Notes: generated from the letters alone by a model not told the origin. 64,000 nucleotides of DNA from Candidatus Scalinduaceae bacterium (GCA_046759445.1 JBHICG010000002.1:1-64000), one strand, 5' to 3'; numbered from the stretch's first letter, positions 19,647-31,132 are shown. A program made the numbers and translations.

Positions 19647-21410
19647 ATGGCATTGGATCCTACTAAACATGCAGATTGGGAAATAGCAGAAGACTCTGAA
19701 GCCAGGATGAAAACAGTATATCAGTTGGCAGAAGAGTTGGGTCTGGAGAAGGAAGAATTACTACCCCACGGGCATTATGTAGCAAAGATTGATTTCAATA
19801 AGGCTATTAATCGGCTTGGGAACAAGCCGGACGGGAAATACGTTGATGTGACTGCAATTACACCGACTCCTCTAGGTGAAGGAAAATCTACTACAACTAT
19901 GGGGCTGGTACAGGGTTTGGGAAAAAGAGGCAAAAATGTTGTAGGTGCCATTCGTCAACCATCTGGAGGGCCTACCATGAATATCAAGGGTTCTGCTGCA
20001 GGTGGGGGGCTTTCTCAATGTATTCCTTTAACTCCTTTTTCTCTCGGATTGACAGGAGACATTAATGCAATAATGAATGCTCACAATCTGGCTATGGTGG
20101 CTCTTACATCTAGAATGCAACACGAATTTAATTACAACGACGAACAACTTGCTAAAAGGAATCTGAAACGTCTTAATATTGATCCATATAACGTTGAATT
20201 TAAATGGATTTTAGATTTTTGTGCTCAGGCTCTCAGGGATATAATTATTGGCATTGGCGGGAAAATGGATGGGTTCATGATGGAGTCCGGATTTGCCATC
20301 GCCGTTTCCTCTGAGATAATGGCGATTTTAGCAGTTGCCAAGGACTTGAAAGATATGCGTGAGCGTATGGGGAAAATTGTATTGGCTTACGACAAGTCTG
20401 GAAAACCTATAACTACCGCTGATCTGGAAGTTGATGGTGCTATGACTGCATGGATGGTTGATGCAATTAATCCGAACCTGATGCAAACAATTGAAGGACA
20501 GCCGGTATTAGTTCATGCAGGGCCTTTTGCCAATATTGCCATTGGCCAGTCCTCGATTGTCGCCGATAGGATTGGACTAAAAATGGGTGATTATAATGTT
20601 ACTGAATCTGGTTTTGGAGCAGATATCGGATTTGAAAAATTCTGGAACTTAAAATGCCGTTTTTCAGGGAATAAACCCAATGCAGCAGTCCTTGTTGCTA
20701 CTATCAGGGCACTCAAATGCCATGGTGGTGCTCCAGTGCCTATTCCGGGCCGTCCTCTGGATCCAAGTTACAAGGAAGAGAATGTTGAATGGACGGAAAA
20801 AGGAACCGCAAATCTTCTCCACCTCGTTAATGTGGTCAAAAAGGCAGGGATTAACCCCGTGGTTTGTATAAATAATTTTTACACGGATACAGATGCTGAA
20901 ATCAAGGCGGTTCGAAGGCTTGCTAAAGAAGCTGGAGCCCGTGTTGCACTTTCCAAGCATTGGGAAAAGGGTGGCGAAGGAGCCCTGGAACTGGCTGATG
21001 CCGTAATAGACGCTTGCAATGAAACCAATAACTTTAAGTTTCTCTATGAATTAGACACCCCTTTAAGGACGCGTATCGAGTTGATAGCAGAGCAGGTTTA
21101 CGGTGCAGACGGAGTCGATTATACTCCGGAGGCTCTAGCAAAAGCCAAGTCGATGGAAGTTGACCCGGAAATCGCCAAATTGGGAACCTGCATGGTAAAA
21201 ACCCATCTTTCCCTTACAGATAATCCACAGATTAAGGGTGCTCCAAAGAATTGGAGATTGAATATTCGAGATATATTGACTTTCAAAGGAGCTGGATTTG
21301 TGGTACCAATTGCGGGAGCTATCAAGCTCATGCCGGGGACCTGTTCAGATCCTGCCTATCGACGCGTTGACGTTGATGTGGAAACTGGTAAGGTAAAGGG
21401 ACTTTTCTAA
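19647..21410 (+). CDS. fhs: Formate--tetrahydrofolate ligase
   Basis: [49 protein letters not shown]. Confidence 0.97.
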   Translation: MALDPTKHADWEIAEDSEARMKTVYQLAEELGLEKEELLPHGHYVAKIDFNKAINRLGNKPDGKYVDVTAITPTPLGEGKSTTTMGLVQGLGKRGKNVVGAIRQPSGGPTMNIKGSAAGGGLSQCIPLTPFSLGLTGDINAIMNAHNLAMVALTSRMQHEFNYNDEQLAKRNLKRLNIDPYNVEFKWILDFCAQALRDIIIGIGGKMDGFMMESGFAIAVSSEIMAILAVAKDLKDMRERMGKIVLAYDKSGKPITTADLEVDGAMTAWMVDAINPNLMQTIEGQPVLVHAGPFANIAIGQSSIVADRIGLKMGDYNVTESGFGADIGFEKFWNLKCRFSGNKPNAAVLVATIRALKCHGGAPVPIPGRPLDPSYKEENVEWTEKGTANLLHLVNVVKKAGINPVVCINNFYTDTDAEIKAVRRLAKEAGARVALSKHWEKGGEGALELADAVIDACNETNNFKFLYELDTPLRTRIELIAEQVYGADGVDYTPEALAKAKSMEVDPEIAKLGTCMVKTHLSLTDNPQIKGAPKNWRLNIRDILTFKGAGFVVPIAGAIKLMPGTCSDPAYRRVDVDVETGKVKGLF

Positions 21411-21661
21411 TTCCATAAATGGTTATCGCAAAAAGATATTAGAAAGCTGTCAAAAGGAGATTGCAATATTCTATGATCACCAAGGGATTTGGTGGTTTTT
21501 GAAAAAGGTTAGACAGGTTAATGAAATGAGCTATAATAAAATGTTGCCCATGTGTATGAACAAAACACACTATATTGATTGATTTGTCTGTTATTTTACA
21601 TTTACATAAGTATTAAACGTCGTGTACGTTTCTAGAGTAGAAAGGAGTTCATTTTAGAAGT

Positions 21662-22165
21662 ATGAATATATATAATGGAAGAATGTCGAAGAGTTTTATA
21701 AGACACTTTTTTGATCTTTCATTAATCGGTTTGGTTTTTTGCCTATCCTGCGGAAGGGAAGGAACACAGCAAGAAGGGGCTGTTGAATGGTATACTGAAC
21801 TTGGGTTTAAAAAGGTGGGGGAACAAATGAAAAAGGATACCCAACTATTGACGCGCAAAATAAATGAGGGCGAATGGAATGAAGCGATTAAACTATGTGC
21901 TACGATAGGAAAGTCTTTTGAAAAATTAGACCTAAATAATCCTGTCATTCCTAAAGAGTTTTCTGAGTTTAAACAATCATTTGATAGTTCCTTATCAAAG
22001 CTTTTGCTTGCATGTCAGGATAAAGATAGTGAAAAGGTTAAGATTCGATTGCAAGTATTTAAAAAATCATGTCATCACTGTCACGTAGTATTTCGTAAAG
22101 AGATGAAAAGATCACAGAAGGAAACAGACTATGGTGTGGCGTTGGAAAGGTTATATACAGATTAA
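21662..22165 (+). CDS. Cytochrome c'-like monoheme (lipo)protein
   Basis: Lipobox-like CLSC, helical body, CHHCH (CxxCH) near the C-terminus. Confidence 0.75.
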   Translation: MNIYNGRMSKSFIRHFFDLSLIGLVFCLSCGREGTQQEGAVEWYTELGFKKVGEQMKKDTQLLTRKINEGEWNEAIKLCATIGKSFEKLDLNNPVIPKEFSEFKQSFDSSLSKLLLACQDKDSEKVKIRLQVFKKSCHHCHVVFRKEMKRSQKETDYGVALERLYTD

Positions 22166-22238
22166 GGGCTTACAAAAATTAATTTGGCGTCAATGCATTC
22201 TGCGTATATATTTAAAACAGTAGACTATAAAAAATATT

Positions 22239-23183
22239 ATGAAAATACTTGTTACGGGTGGGGCAGGATTTATTGCGTCTAATTTAGTTGATAAATTAAT
22301 ATCTCTAGGGCATGATGTGGTAATAGTTGATAACCTTTCAACAGGTAAAACTGAAAATATCAACCCAAGGGCAACTTTCTATAAAGAGGATATATGCAAT
22401 GCTAAGGGTTTAGAAAAAATATTTTCAAAAGAAAAACCTGATATCGTCAATCACCATGCTGCTCAAGTTGATTTAAGAAGATCTGTAAAGGAACCTACGT
22501 ACGATGCACAGGTTAATATATTAGGTTCTTTGAACCTTATAGAATTATCAAATAAGTATAACATAAGAAAATTCATATATATTTCTACAGGCGGAGCCAT
22601 TTACGGAGAGCCAAAATATCTGCCAGCAGATGAAAAACATCCCATAGAACCTTTGTCGCAATATGGTGTAAGCAAGCATACTGTTGAACATTATTTGTTC
22701 GTTTCTGAACAAACCCATGGTCTGAATTATACAGTATTGAGATATCCAAACGTTTACGGTCCAAGACAAGACCCTCATGGGGAGGCTGGGGTTGTTGCTA
22801 TATTTAGTGAATTGATGCTGGATGGCAAACAACCAACTATTTTTGGTGATGGAGCTAAGACAAGGGATTACGTTTATGTTGATGATCTTATAAATGCAAA
22901 TGTTATCGTTATGTTTAATCCCGCAAACTCACAAGGGGAGTTTTATAATCTTGGTTGGGGTAAGGAGGTAAAGGACATAGAGATTTTCGAAGCGGTAAGA
23001 GATGCATTGGGGCTTAAAATAAAACCTATCTATGATAAGAAACGACCAGGTGAAATTGATCACATTTGTCTTGACAGTGCTAAGGCAACTAAGCAATTAC
23101 ACTGGAAGCCAGAAGTGAAACTTAAAGAAGGGATAAAACTGACTACAAACTTCTATAAAAAAAGAAGGCAACAAACGTCTTAA
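22239..23183 (+). CDS. NAD-dependent epimerase/dehydratase (GalE-like)
   Basis: TGGAGFIA, YGVSK, NVYGPRQDP, RDYVYVDD. Confidence 0.92.
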   Translation: MKILVTGGAGFIASNLVDKLISLGHDVVIVDNLSTGKTENINPRATFYKEDICNAKGLEKIFSKEKPDIVNHHAAQVDLRRSVKEPTYDAQVNILGSLNLIELSNKYNIRKFIYISTGGAIYGEPKYLPADEKHPIEPLSQYGVSKHTVEHYLFVSEQTHGLNYTVLRYPNVYGPRQDPHGEAGVVAIFSELMLDGKQPTIFGDGAKTRDYVYVDDLINANVIVMFNPANSQGEFYNLGWGKEVKDIEIFEAVRDALGLKIKPIYDKKRPGEIDHICLDSAKATKQLHWKPEVKLKEGIKLTTNFYKKRRQQTS

Positions 23184-23221
23184 TAAAAAACCTTTGAATG
23201 AAAACACAGTGAAAATCCATT

Positions 23222-23620
23222 TTATCTCTTGGTCCACTGGAAACTTGCCCTTGCACCCTTTTGACCATATTTTTTTCGTTCCTTCATTCTACTATCACGA
23301 GTCAAAAGCCCCGCATTTCTTAAATTTTCTACAAGTGCTTGATCCGATTTATAGAGGGCCCTGGCAATACCTAAAGATATTGCTCCAGCTTGACCACTTA
23401 AACCGCCACCATGAACGTTTACGAATACATCATATTCCCCTAAACTTTTTGTGGTTTTTAATGGTAGTCTGGTCACAAATTTATCTCGATCCCTGGAAAA
23501 AAAATCTTCGAGTTCTTTACGGTTTATAATGATCTTTCCAGTACCTTTTCTTAGTCGAACCCTAGCTATAGATGTCTTGCGTCTACCTGTACCCCAAAAA
23601 AAATCATTACCTTTACTCAT
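23222..23620 (-). CDS. rpsI: 30S ribosomal protein S9
   Basis: GTGRRKTSIARV, GGGLSGQAGA, ERKKYG. Confidence 0.98.
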   Translation of the reverse strand: MSKGNDFFWGTGRRKTSIARVRLRKGTGKIIINRKELEDFFSRDRDKFVTRLPLKTTKSLGEYDVFVNVHGGGLSGQAGAISLGIARALYKSDQALVENLRNAGLLTRDSRMKERKKYGQKGARASFQWTKR

Positions 23621-23637
23621 TTTATATTTCCTTATAA

Positions 23638-24069
23638 TTAAATTTCCAAGACCTTTGGTTGCTGTGCCTCGTGAGGGTGATCAGGTCCTGCATAGACCTT
23701 TAACTTTTTTAACATGGCACGCCCTAATTTTGTTCTTGGTAACATTCTTTTGACGGCTAACATAATAACTCTATCCGGATGCTTATTCAGCCAGGTTTTT
23801 ACGGGATGTTTCTTGAGGCCTCCGGGATAACCTGAATAAGTATAATAAACCTTGTCATTAATCTTGTTACCCGTCAATTTTACTTCTTTCGCATTAGTAA
23901 CAATAACGAAGTCACCTGTATCAACGTGTGGAGTATATATGGGCTTTGTTTTTCCCTGAAGAATCATAGCAATACGGCTCGCCATCCTTCCTAACACTTT
24001 ATCTTTGGCATCAATTAAACACCATTCTCTCTGTACTTCTTCTTTTTTAGCTATAAAAGTCTTTATCAT
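23638..24069 (-). CDS. rplM: 50S ribosomal protein L13
   Basis: [30 protein letters not shown]. Confidence 0.98.
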   Translation of the reverse strand: MIKTFIAKKEEVQREWCLIDAKDKVLGRMASRIAMILQGKTKPIYTPHVDTGDFVIVTNAKEVKLTGNKINDKVYYTYSGYPGGLKKHPVKTWLNKHPDRVIMLAVKRMLPRTKLGRAMLKKLKVYAGPDHPHEAQQPKVLEI

Positions 24070-24294
24070 GAGTATAAGCTATTTGTGTCAGAATTTACTG
24101 GTTACTTTTTACAAACTTCTAAATATTACGATAAAGTATTTGTATAAGAAAATCTTGAACCACATTGTATATCATAGTATCTAAGACTTGTCAATATTTT
24201 TGTTTGATTTAATAAATAAAGTTATTAGAATGGTGAAAAAGACTTTATATAAGCAATATAATTAAGTGTTTGCAAATATCAAAAGGAAATTATC

Positions 24295-24594
24295 TTGCAA
24301 AAAATTAACATATTTTTCCTATCGTTAAAACATCAGATATGGAGAAGGTATTATTATGTCTTTAATAAAAAAGAAGTAGCCCAATCAATAAGAAATAGAA
24401 AGGGAGAATGTAAACGATGTGGTCTTTGCTGTCAAGCCTCGATACGATGCCCTAAATTCTTTTACGATGAAGACGGTTTAGCAATGTGCAAAATACATGA
24501 TAGTAAGCCACATATGTGTAAAATATATCCGTACAATGGGAGGGACTTTTTTCCACATCTAAAAGAAAAGTGTGGTTTCTGGTATGAGGAATAG
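24295..24594 (+). CDS. YkgJ/CxxCxxCC cysteine-cluster protein
   Basis: CKRCGLCC, CKIH..KP..CKIYP. Confidence 0.8.
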   Translation: MQKINIFFLSLKHQIWRRYYYVFNKKEVAQSIRNRKGECKRCGLCCQASIRCPKFFYDEDGLAMCKIHDSKPHMCKIYPYNGRDFFPHLKEKCGFWYEE

Positions 24595-24624
24595 TAAAAA
24601 AAACAATCGTTAGAGGGGAGCTTT

Positions 24625-26121
24625 TTGATGAAGATTTTTAAAGTAAGATTTTTATTAGTTTTAATAATACTCTTATACTGTACGACCTCTTATGCTCAAA
24701 AACTAAAGCTAGATGTCAAGGAGCATGTACTTAAGAATGGTTTAAAAATATTGATGCTGGAGAAACATGATGTTCCAACTGTCTCACTCCGTGTCGTTTA
24801 TAAAGTTGGATCTGTAAATGAGCACCCCGGAATTACGGGGGCATCTCATCTGTTTGAACACATGATGTTCAAAGGTACAAAGATCTTTGGAATTAAGGAT
24901 TTTGAAAGTGAAAGACCTCTCCTTGGAAAGGAGGATGAACTTATTGCTAAGATCGAAACAGAAAAGGCCAGAGGTGATGATATTGATAAAGAAAAGGTAG
25001 AATTCCTGGAAAAAGAATTACGAGAAGTATGGAAAAAGCAAAAGGAATTAATAGTTAAGGATGAGATGTGGTCTATTTACCTTAAAAATGGCGCTACAGG
25101 CCTTAATGCCTCTACCGGTAGTGATGCTACATATTATTATTGCAACCTTCCCGCAAACAAGCTTGAATTATGGGCGTTTATGGAATCAGACCGTATGCGA
25201 AATCTTATCCTGAGAGAATTCTATTCTGAAAGGGATGTCGTGATGGAAGAAAGGCGGCTTCGTACAGAAAATAGTCCCTTTGGTTTATTGATAGAACAAC
25301 TAAACGCAGCCACATATACCGCCCATCCTTACGGCTGGCCTGTTATAGGCTGGATGTCAGACCTCCAAAACATAAAAAAGGAGGAAGTTGCCAAATATTT
25401 CAAGCAATATTATTCTCCCAATAATGCTGTTATAATTGCAGTTGGTGATATAAATCCGGGTAAGGTAATCGAACTTGTAGAAAAGTATTTTGGTGATATT
25501 CCACGCCAACCACCTTCACCTAAGGTCACGACAGTTGAACCAAAACAGATTGGAGAGCGTAGAGTTTATGTTGAATATGACGCCAATCCTGTTTTGTCTA
25601 TCGCTTATCATAAACCTGCAGTTGGCCATCCAGACCAATATGTTTTTGATGTCATTGAGGCAATACTTTCCAGTGGAAGAACCTCAAGGTTATATAAAAG
25701 TCTGATTGAAGATAAACGAATTGCTGTGATGGCCCGTGCATACGGAGGACCTTCTAAGTACGCAGATGCCTTCATCTTCTTCTGCACGCCACGAAATCCA
25801 CATACGGTAGAGGAGGTTGAAGAGGCAATATACGAAGAGCTGGAAAAACTAAAGATGACCGCCGTGACTGAACACGAACTACAAAAGATTAAGAATCAGA
25901 TCGAAGCCAATTTTATAAGAAGCCTGGACTCTTCAACAGGACTGGCTAGTATAATAGCCTCTTATGAGGCAATCTATGGGTGGAGATATATTAATACCTT
26001 AGTTGAGAAGACAATTGCAGTCACACCGGAGGATATCATGCGAGTTGCAAAAGAATATTTTACTAAAACTAACAGGACTGTTGCTATCTTAGTGAAGAAG
26101 GGGGAAGGAAAGAGATCATGA
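24625..26121 (+). CDS. M16 family zinc peptidase, catalytic subunit
   Basis: HLFEH (HxxEH), NAST, ERDVVMEERR, HPYGWPVIG; signal peptide. Confidence 0.93.
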   Translation: MMKIFKVRFLLVLIILLYCTTSYAQKLKLDVKEHVLKNGLKILMLEKHDVPTVSLRVVYKVGSVNEHPGITGASHLFEHMMFKGTKIFGIKDFESERPLLGKEDELIAKIETEKARGDDIDKEKVEFLEKELREVWKKQKELIVKDEMWSIYLKNGATGLNASTGSDATYYYCNLPANKLELWAFMESDRMRNLILREFYSERDVVMEERRLRTENSPFGLLIEQLNAATYTAHPYGWPVIGWMSDLQNIKKEEVAKYFKQYYSPNNAVIIAVGDINPGKVIELVEKYFGDIPRQPPSPKVTTVEPKQIGERRVYVEYDANPVLSIAYHKPAVGHPDQYVFDVIEAILSSGRTSRLYKSLIEDKRIAVMARAYGGPSKYADAFIFFCTPRNPHTVEEVEEAIYEELEKLKMTAVTEHELQKIKNQIEANFIRSLDSSTGLASIIASYEAIYGWRYINTLVEKTIAVTPEDIMRVAKEYFTKTNRTVAILVKKGEGKRS

Positions 26122-27647
26122 TAACGGGAAAAGCTAAGGTTTCACTAAGCTCAATATTAATCTTTCTATTTTTTATGTGGTCAAACCTGTTTTTCGTGCA
26201 GGTAGGGACACTTCTTGCATATGATGGGCATGGTGGTCATGTGAAGGGTGGACAGGCTCATGCTATAGGACCAAAGCTAACTGAACCACAATCAGAAGGC
26301 GCCAGGATAATATCAAAGTTCAAGTACAAGCCAATTGAGTTCACACCGCCAAAGCCAAAAAGAATGGTTTTAGACAACAGTATGATCCTTTACCTCCTTG
26401 AAGACCATGATTTGCCTATATTCAATATTACAGCACGGGTTAAGACGGGCGCTATTTATGAACCTAAGGAAAAGGCCGGGCTTGCAAATCTGGTTGGTAG
26501 TGTGATGAGAAGAGGGGGTACAAAGACAAGAACGCCGGAACAGATTAATGAAGAACTGGAATTCATAGCGGCATCTGTTGAGACGTCGATTGGGAGGGAA
26601 TCAGGTAGCGCTTCACTATCTACGATGAAGAAAGATATTGATAAAGGTCTGGAGATATTTGCTGACGTACTTATGAACCCTGCCTTTCCTGAAGACATGA
26701 TCGGGAAACAAAAAGATGAGATATTGGAAAGTATCCGAAGAGAAAATGATACTCCCAGACAAATTATTTTTAGAGAATTTAGAAAGATATTGTATAAGGA
26801 AGATCACCCTTACAGCAGAAAGACTAACGGGTACAAAGATACTATTGAGAATATAACCAGGGAAGACATGATTGCCTTTCACAGTAAGTACTTTCACCCA
26901 AACAATGTCATTGTGGGTATTTCGGGAGATTTTCATACAGAAGAAATACTAAAAAAATTAAAGACCGTTTTTGCAAAATGGGAAAAAACCGAGATAGACT
27001 TTCCTGAAGTACCACCAGTGGAAAAGGAATTTCAGAAATCGACAAATTATGTTTATAAGGATATCAATCAGGCTCATGTAGTTGCCGGGCATTTAGGCAT
27101 ACACAGGTTAAGTAAGGATTATTTCCCGATTAAGATATTGAGCTTTATCCTCGGCAGTGGAAGTTTTACGGCTCGAATACCCAGCAAGGTTCGTTCTGAC
27201 GAAGGGTTAGCATATTCGGCATACAGTGCTTTCCACACGCCAAGAGATCTTGGTTTCTTCTTCGTATCGTTACAGACAAAGAGTGAATCAACAATAAGGG
27301 CTATAAAACTTGCCCTTGAGGAGGTGAAAAAAATAAGAGAGAAACTCGTTGATGACGAGGAATTAGAATTAGCCAAGGATACCTTTGTAAACCAATTCAT
27401 CTTTAAATTCACGTCAGGCGCCAGTATTGTTAGTCAGATGATTGGCATAGAATACGAAGGATTACCTTTAGATTACCTTGAAACTTATGTAGATAATATA
27501 AAAGTAATAACCAGGGAAGACATACTACGTGTAGCAAAAGAGTATCTGCACCCAGATAAGATAAAATTGCTCGTTATCGGTAATATGGAGCAATTTGATA
27601 AGCCTTTTACTGAGTTTGGAGAAGTAAATACTATTGAATTAGATTAA
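26118..27647 (+). CDS. M16 family peptidase, non-catalytic partner subunit
   Basis: M16-type motifs (KAGLA, HPY, VRSDEGLAYS) without HxxEH; ATGA overlap with the upstream gene. Confidence 0.9.
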   Translation: MITGKAKVSLSSILIFLFFMWSNLFFVQVGTLLAYDGHGGHVKGGQAHAIGPKLTEPQSEGARIISKFKYKPIEFTPPKPKRMVLDNSMILYLLEDHDLPIFNITARVKTGAIYEPKEKAGLANLVGSVMRRGGTKTRTPEQINEELEFIAASVETSIGRESGSASLSTMKKDIDKGLEIFADVLMNPAFPEDMIGKQKDEILESIRRENDTPRQIIFREFRKILYKEDHPYSRKTNGYKDTIENITREDMIAFHSKYFHPNNVIVGISGDFHTEEILKKLKTVFAKWEKTEIDFPEVPPVEKEFQKSTNYVYKDINQAHVVAGHLGIHRLSKDYFPIKILSFILGSGSFTARIPSKVRSDEGLAYSAYSAFHTPRDLGFFFVSLQTKSESTIRAIKLALEEVKKIREKLVDDEELELAKDTFVNQFIFKFTSGASIVSQMIGIEYEGLPLDYLETYVDNIKVITREDILRVAKEYLHPDKIKLLVIGNMEQFDKPFTEFGEVNTIELD

Positions 27648-27712
27648 TTCCTTCCCCTAATGCAAAAATAATTTGAAAAGTTTAAGTAAGTTCTTGTTTT
27701 GCATTTTAAAAT

Positions 27713-28411
27713 TTGAAATTTTCACTTTCAATGGCCTCTCTTAACAAGAAGGAAATCCTCATCACTGCCGGCTCTACACGCGGTTATATAGATGTTGTTC
27801 GTTATATAACCAACACTTCAACAGGTAAGCTTGGCACAGAAATAGCTCTTGAGGCAATGCGTCACGATGCAGTTGTTACCTATATATATGGAAAAGACAG
27901 TTTATGTCCTGTAATAAAAAACCACGCTGGTATCAGACCTTCTCAACTTAAATTAATGGAAATTGAAACCAATAATGACTTAATAAAAATCCTGCAAAAA
28001 AGATTAAGGGGTAGAAGATATGATGCTATTGTTCACGCAATGGCTATAGCTGACTACATACCAGCTAAACCTAAATATAATAAAATACCCTCTGGGAAAA
28101 AGGAATTAATAGTAAAATTGGTACGAACACCAAAAGTAATAAGCGTTATCAGGAATGTATGGCCGGATGCCTTACTTGTGGGATTTAAATTAGAGGTAAA
28201 TAAAACAAAAGAAGAACTGATAAAAATAGCCAGAGGATTTTTGAAAAGAAGCAAGGCTGATATGATTATAGCAAATGACTACAAAAATATTTCAAGAAGT
28301 CGTCATACAGCATACATGATAAGTAATGCCTGCCATAAACCAGGCACATTAAAAAATAAAAAGGAAATAGCAAAAGGCATAATTTTATATCTTGAAAAAA
28401 TACTTAAATAA
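27713..28411 (+). CDS. coaB: Phosphopantothenate--cysteine ligase (CoaB-like)
   Basis: ILITAGST..ID.VRYITN.STGKLG, HAMAIADY, LVGFKLE, IIAND. Confidence 0.88.
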   Translation: MKFSLSMASLNKKEILITAGSTRGYIDVVRYITNTSTGKLGTEIALEAMRHDAVVTYIYGKDSLCPVIKNHAGIRPSQLKLMEIETNNDLIKILQKRLRGRRYDAIVHAMAIADYIPAKPKYNKIPSGKKELIVKLVRTPKVISVIRNVWPDALLVGFKLEVNKTKEELIKIARGFLKRSKADMIIANDYKNISRSRHTAYMISNACHKPGTLKNKKEIAKGIILYLEKILK

Positions 28412-28550
28412 AAAGTAATGTCGATTTTTATGGTTAAATTTTATTTGACTGGATATCTGTATGAAATATAATTGAGTTTTAAGGTTTGTTGCTAAAACTA
28501 AGTGAAAATAATTCTCTATATGAGAATCTTATAAAGGAGTTGAGTGTTAT

Positions 28551-29561
28551 ATGGAATGGGACAAAGAAGCAAGTTCAAGGCTTGAAAATGTACCAATCTT
28601 TGTAAGAAGACTTGCGCGTTCAAAGATAGAAAAACGTGCCCGCGAAAAAGGGAAGGATATTGTTACTGCAGAGGACGTGGAATACGTAAAATCAAGCTTT
28701 ATGGGAGCCAAGAATAATAAAGATATAAGTACAGATCCATTCTCTGTTGCCTCTGCTACAGAAGAAGATAAATTTGAAATCTTGAAAAGATCAGGTGAAT
28801 ATGAAGTAGAGGATGGGTGTCCCGCCATGTACCACATAGATGTATGTCGCGGAGAGGATATCGAATGTCCTTTTTTGATAGCAAGTGTTAGAGGGCTTTT
28901 ACAAAAAATAAAGGATAGGCTTAGAGAAATAGAGTTTAGTAAAAAGCTTATCAATAAGATTGAAGGCAAGATTCTCCCACACCAGAGGCTAAAGATTGCA
29001 GTAGCTAGCTGCCCGAATTGCTGTTCCCAACCTCAGATCAGGGATTTTGGTATACACGTGAGGGCAAAGGTGTTTGTAGATAAAGATGTTGAGTGTAATG
29101 GATGTGGAAATTGTTTGAAGGCATGTAAGGAAGGTGCAATAAGAATTTCGGGACTCTCAAATGAACTTCAGGATGAAACAAAAGGGAAACATACAAGATA
29201 TTCCGGAGGTAATAAAAAAAATGTCACAATTAACTATAATCGTTGTGTTTACTGTGGTCTTTGCGCTGAAGTTTGTCCTACAGGTACCATAAAGACAGAG
29301 AAGAAGTGTTACCGTGTTATGATAGGTGGTAAATTAGGCAGACATCCACGATTTGCAGATGACCTCATCGACTTTGCAGATGAGTCGGAAGTGATTAAGG
29401 CACTTGATGTATGTGTGGATGTAATATTATCTGAGAAGAGAGAAAAACGTTTTGGAACGCTAGTGGAAAAAATAGGAATTGAAAAATTCAAAAGAAGAAT
29501 CAAAGATAAAGAACGTAATATACAAAAATCCTCTAGCAGCAAAGAGGTAGTACACTTCTAA
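28551..29561 (+). CDS. PCP_red-like domain fused to a nitrite/sulfite-reductase 4Fe-4S domain with a 2x[4Fe-4S] ferredoxin insert
   Basis: MEWDKEA..RLENVPIFVR; KIAVASCPNCCSQPQIRDFGI; CNGCGNC..C and CVYCGLC..CP; GGKLGRHP. Confidence 0.8.
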   Translation: MEWDKEASSRLENVPIFVRRLARSKIEKRAREKGKDIVTAEDVEYVKSSFMGAKNNKDISTDPFSVASATEEDKFEILKRSGEYEVEDGCPAMYHIDVCRGEDIECPFLIASVRGLLQKIKDRLREIEFSKKLINKIEGKILPHQRLKIAVASCPNCCSQPQIRDFGIHVRAKVFVDKDVECNGCGNCLKACKEGAIRISGLSNELQDETKGKHTRYSGGNKKNVTINYNRCVYCGLCAEVCPTGTIKTEKKCYRVMIGGKLGRHPRFADDLIDFADESEVIKALDVCVDVILSEKREKRFGTLVEKIGIEKFKRRIKDKERNIQKSSSSKEVVHF

Positions 29562-29595
29562 ATACAATTATAAGAGTAATACATTTATATTAAAA

Positions 29596-30063
29596 ATGTC
29601 ACTTAGTGAAATAGATAGAAAAATACTCCACAGGCTTCAGACAAACCTCCCGTTATCCCATAGGCCATTTCTTGACCTAGCCAAAGAACTGGAACTTGAT
29701 GAGGACCTTATTATAAAAAGAATAAAGGCCATGATTGAAAATAAGTATGTTCGTCGTATCGCCCCTATTATAAATACGCAGGCGGTTGGGAATTCTGCGA
29801 CGCTTGCGGCAATGCAAGTATCGGAAGATAAATTGGAAGAGGTAAGCAACATAATAAATGGATACAGTGGTGTTTCTCATAATTACTTAAGAAAGGGAAA
29901 GAATAAAGAAATTCCACTTAATATCTGGTTTACGATGTCAGCGCCATCAAAAGAGCGTCTTGCTGGCAATATTCAAGAAATTGAAGAACGCACAGGCATT
30001 AAGGTTCGTTGTTTGCCGACAACTAAGAAGTTTAAGATAGGGGTCAAATTCAAAATAGCTTAG
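29596..30063 (+). CDS. ahbA: Siroheme decarboxylase alpha subunit (AhbA/NirDL-like)
   Basis: Lrp/AsnC-like HTH, LPLSHRPF, GVSHNYLR, NIWFT. Confidence 0.82.
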   Translation: MSLSEIDRKILHRLQTNLPLSHRPFLDLAKELELDEDLIIKRIKAMIENKYVRRIAPIINTQAVGNSATLAAMQVSEDKLEEVSNIINGYSGVSHNYLRKGKNKEIPLNIWFTMSAPSKERLAGNIQEIEERTGIKVRCLPTTKKFKIGVKFKIA

Positions 30064-30085
30064 GTAAGCTGAAAGGTAGTAATTT

Positions 30086-30550
30086 ATGACAGAAGATGAT
30101 TTAGACATTAAACTGATAAAACACATACAGGATGGTATTCCCCTGACAAAGACACCGTACAAAGATATCGGTGATGGTTTAGGCGTGTCAGAGAAGGAGG
30201 TTGTTGATAGGTTAAGAAATCTTTTAGAAAATGGAAAGATAAGGCGTCTGGCAGCTTCTATTGCCCATAGAAAGATAGGCATAAATTCCAATGCAATGAC
30301 CGTGTGGAGAGTCCCAAATGAAAGAGTAGATGAATGTGGAAAGATCATGGCAAGTTTTGTAGAGGTTACTCACTGCTACGAAAGGCCAACATTTCCTGAT
30401 TGGCAATATAATGTCTTCACCATGATTCATGGCTATACGGATAAAGAATGTGAAAACGTTATCGAGAGAATAAAACAAAAAACAGGCTTGTCTGATTATG
30501 TAATGCTATATAGTGAAAAAGAATTCAAAAAGGTGGGAGTCAGGATTTAA
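30086..30550 (+). CDS. ahbB: Siroheme decarboxylase beta subunit (AhbB/NirGH-like)
   Basis: HRKIG..NAMTVW, VTHCYERP..W.YNVFTMIHG, LYSEKEFKK. Confidence 0.85.
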   Translation: MTEDDLDIKLIKHIQDGIPLTKTPYKDIGDGLGVSEKEVVDRLRNLLENGKIRRLAASIAHRKIGINSNAMTVWRVPNERVDECGKIMASFVEVTHCYERPTFPDWQYNVFTMIHGYTDKECENVIERIKQKTGLSDYVMLYSEKEFKKVGVRI

Positions 30551-30720
30551 GCAAAGGCTTCTGAATATCAACAAACAATTCTGATACATTGAATTGTTTT
30601 GAAGGTTAGTATATGCCCTGTTTGAAATTCAGCAAGGTCTTGATTTTCTTTTATCAGTGAATTTGTTTTCTGAAAAGCTTCATATTATATTTACGAAGAA
30701 CATTCATAGGTCAATAAATT

Positions 30721-31132
30721 TTCAGAAGCAGGTAATAAGCCGAGTTCTGTTTTAGATGACCATTAATCTGGTCTCGATGTTACCATCGAGATCAATCGGC
30801 TTACCCAGAAGCTTTTAAGCGGACCGCTTATACTTCTTTATTTAGCCTTTCTCCCAGTGGGGTTTACCATGCCCCTCCAGATCACTCGGAGAGCGGTGGG
30901 CTCTTACATTAAGCTCGTTAATTTGAGCCCCACCTTTTCACCCTTACCCTGTCAGACGATTACTTCATCAATCTTACAGGGCGGTATATTTTCTGTGGCA
31001 CTTTCCTTGGGATCACTCCCACTCCGCATTATGGAGCACTGTGTCCTATGGAGCTCGGACTTTCCTCTCCAGAACTATTATAGTAAAATTTGAATTTTTA
31101 GAACTGGAGCGGCCATCTCACCTACTTCTGAA
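30721..31132 (-). ncRNA. rnpB: RNase P RNA (bacterial type A)
   Basis: Minus strand has GAGGAAAGUCCGAGCUCC, AGUGCCACAGAAAA, AAGGGUGAAAAGGUG, GGUAAACCCCAC and ACAGAACUCGGCUUA; ends pair (UUCAGAAGUAGGU/ACCUGCUUCUGAA). Confidence 0.96.
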
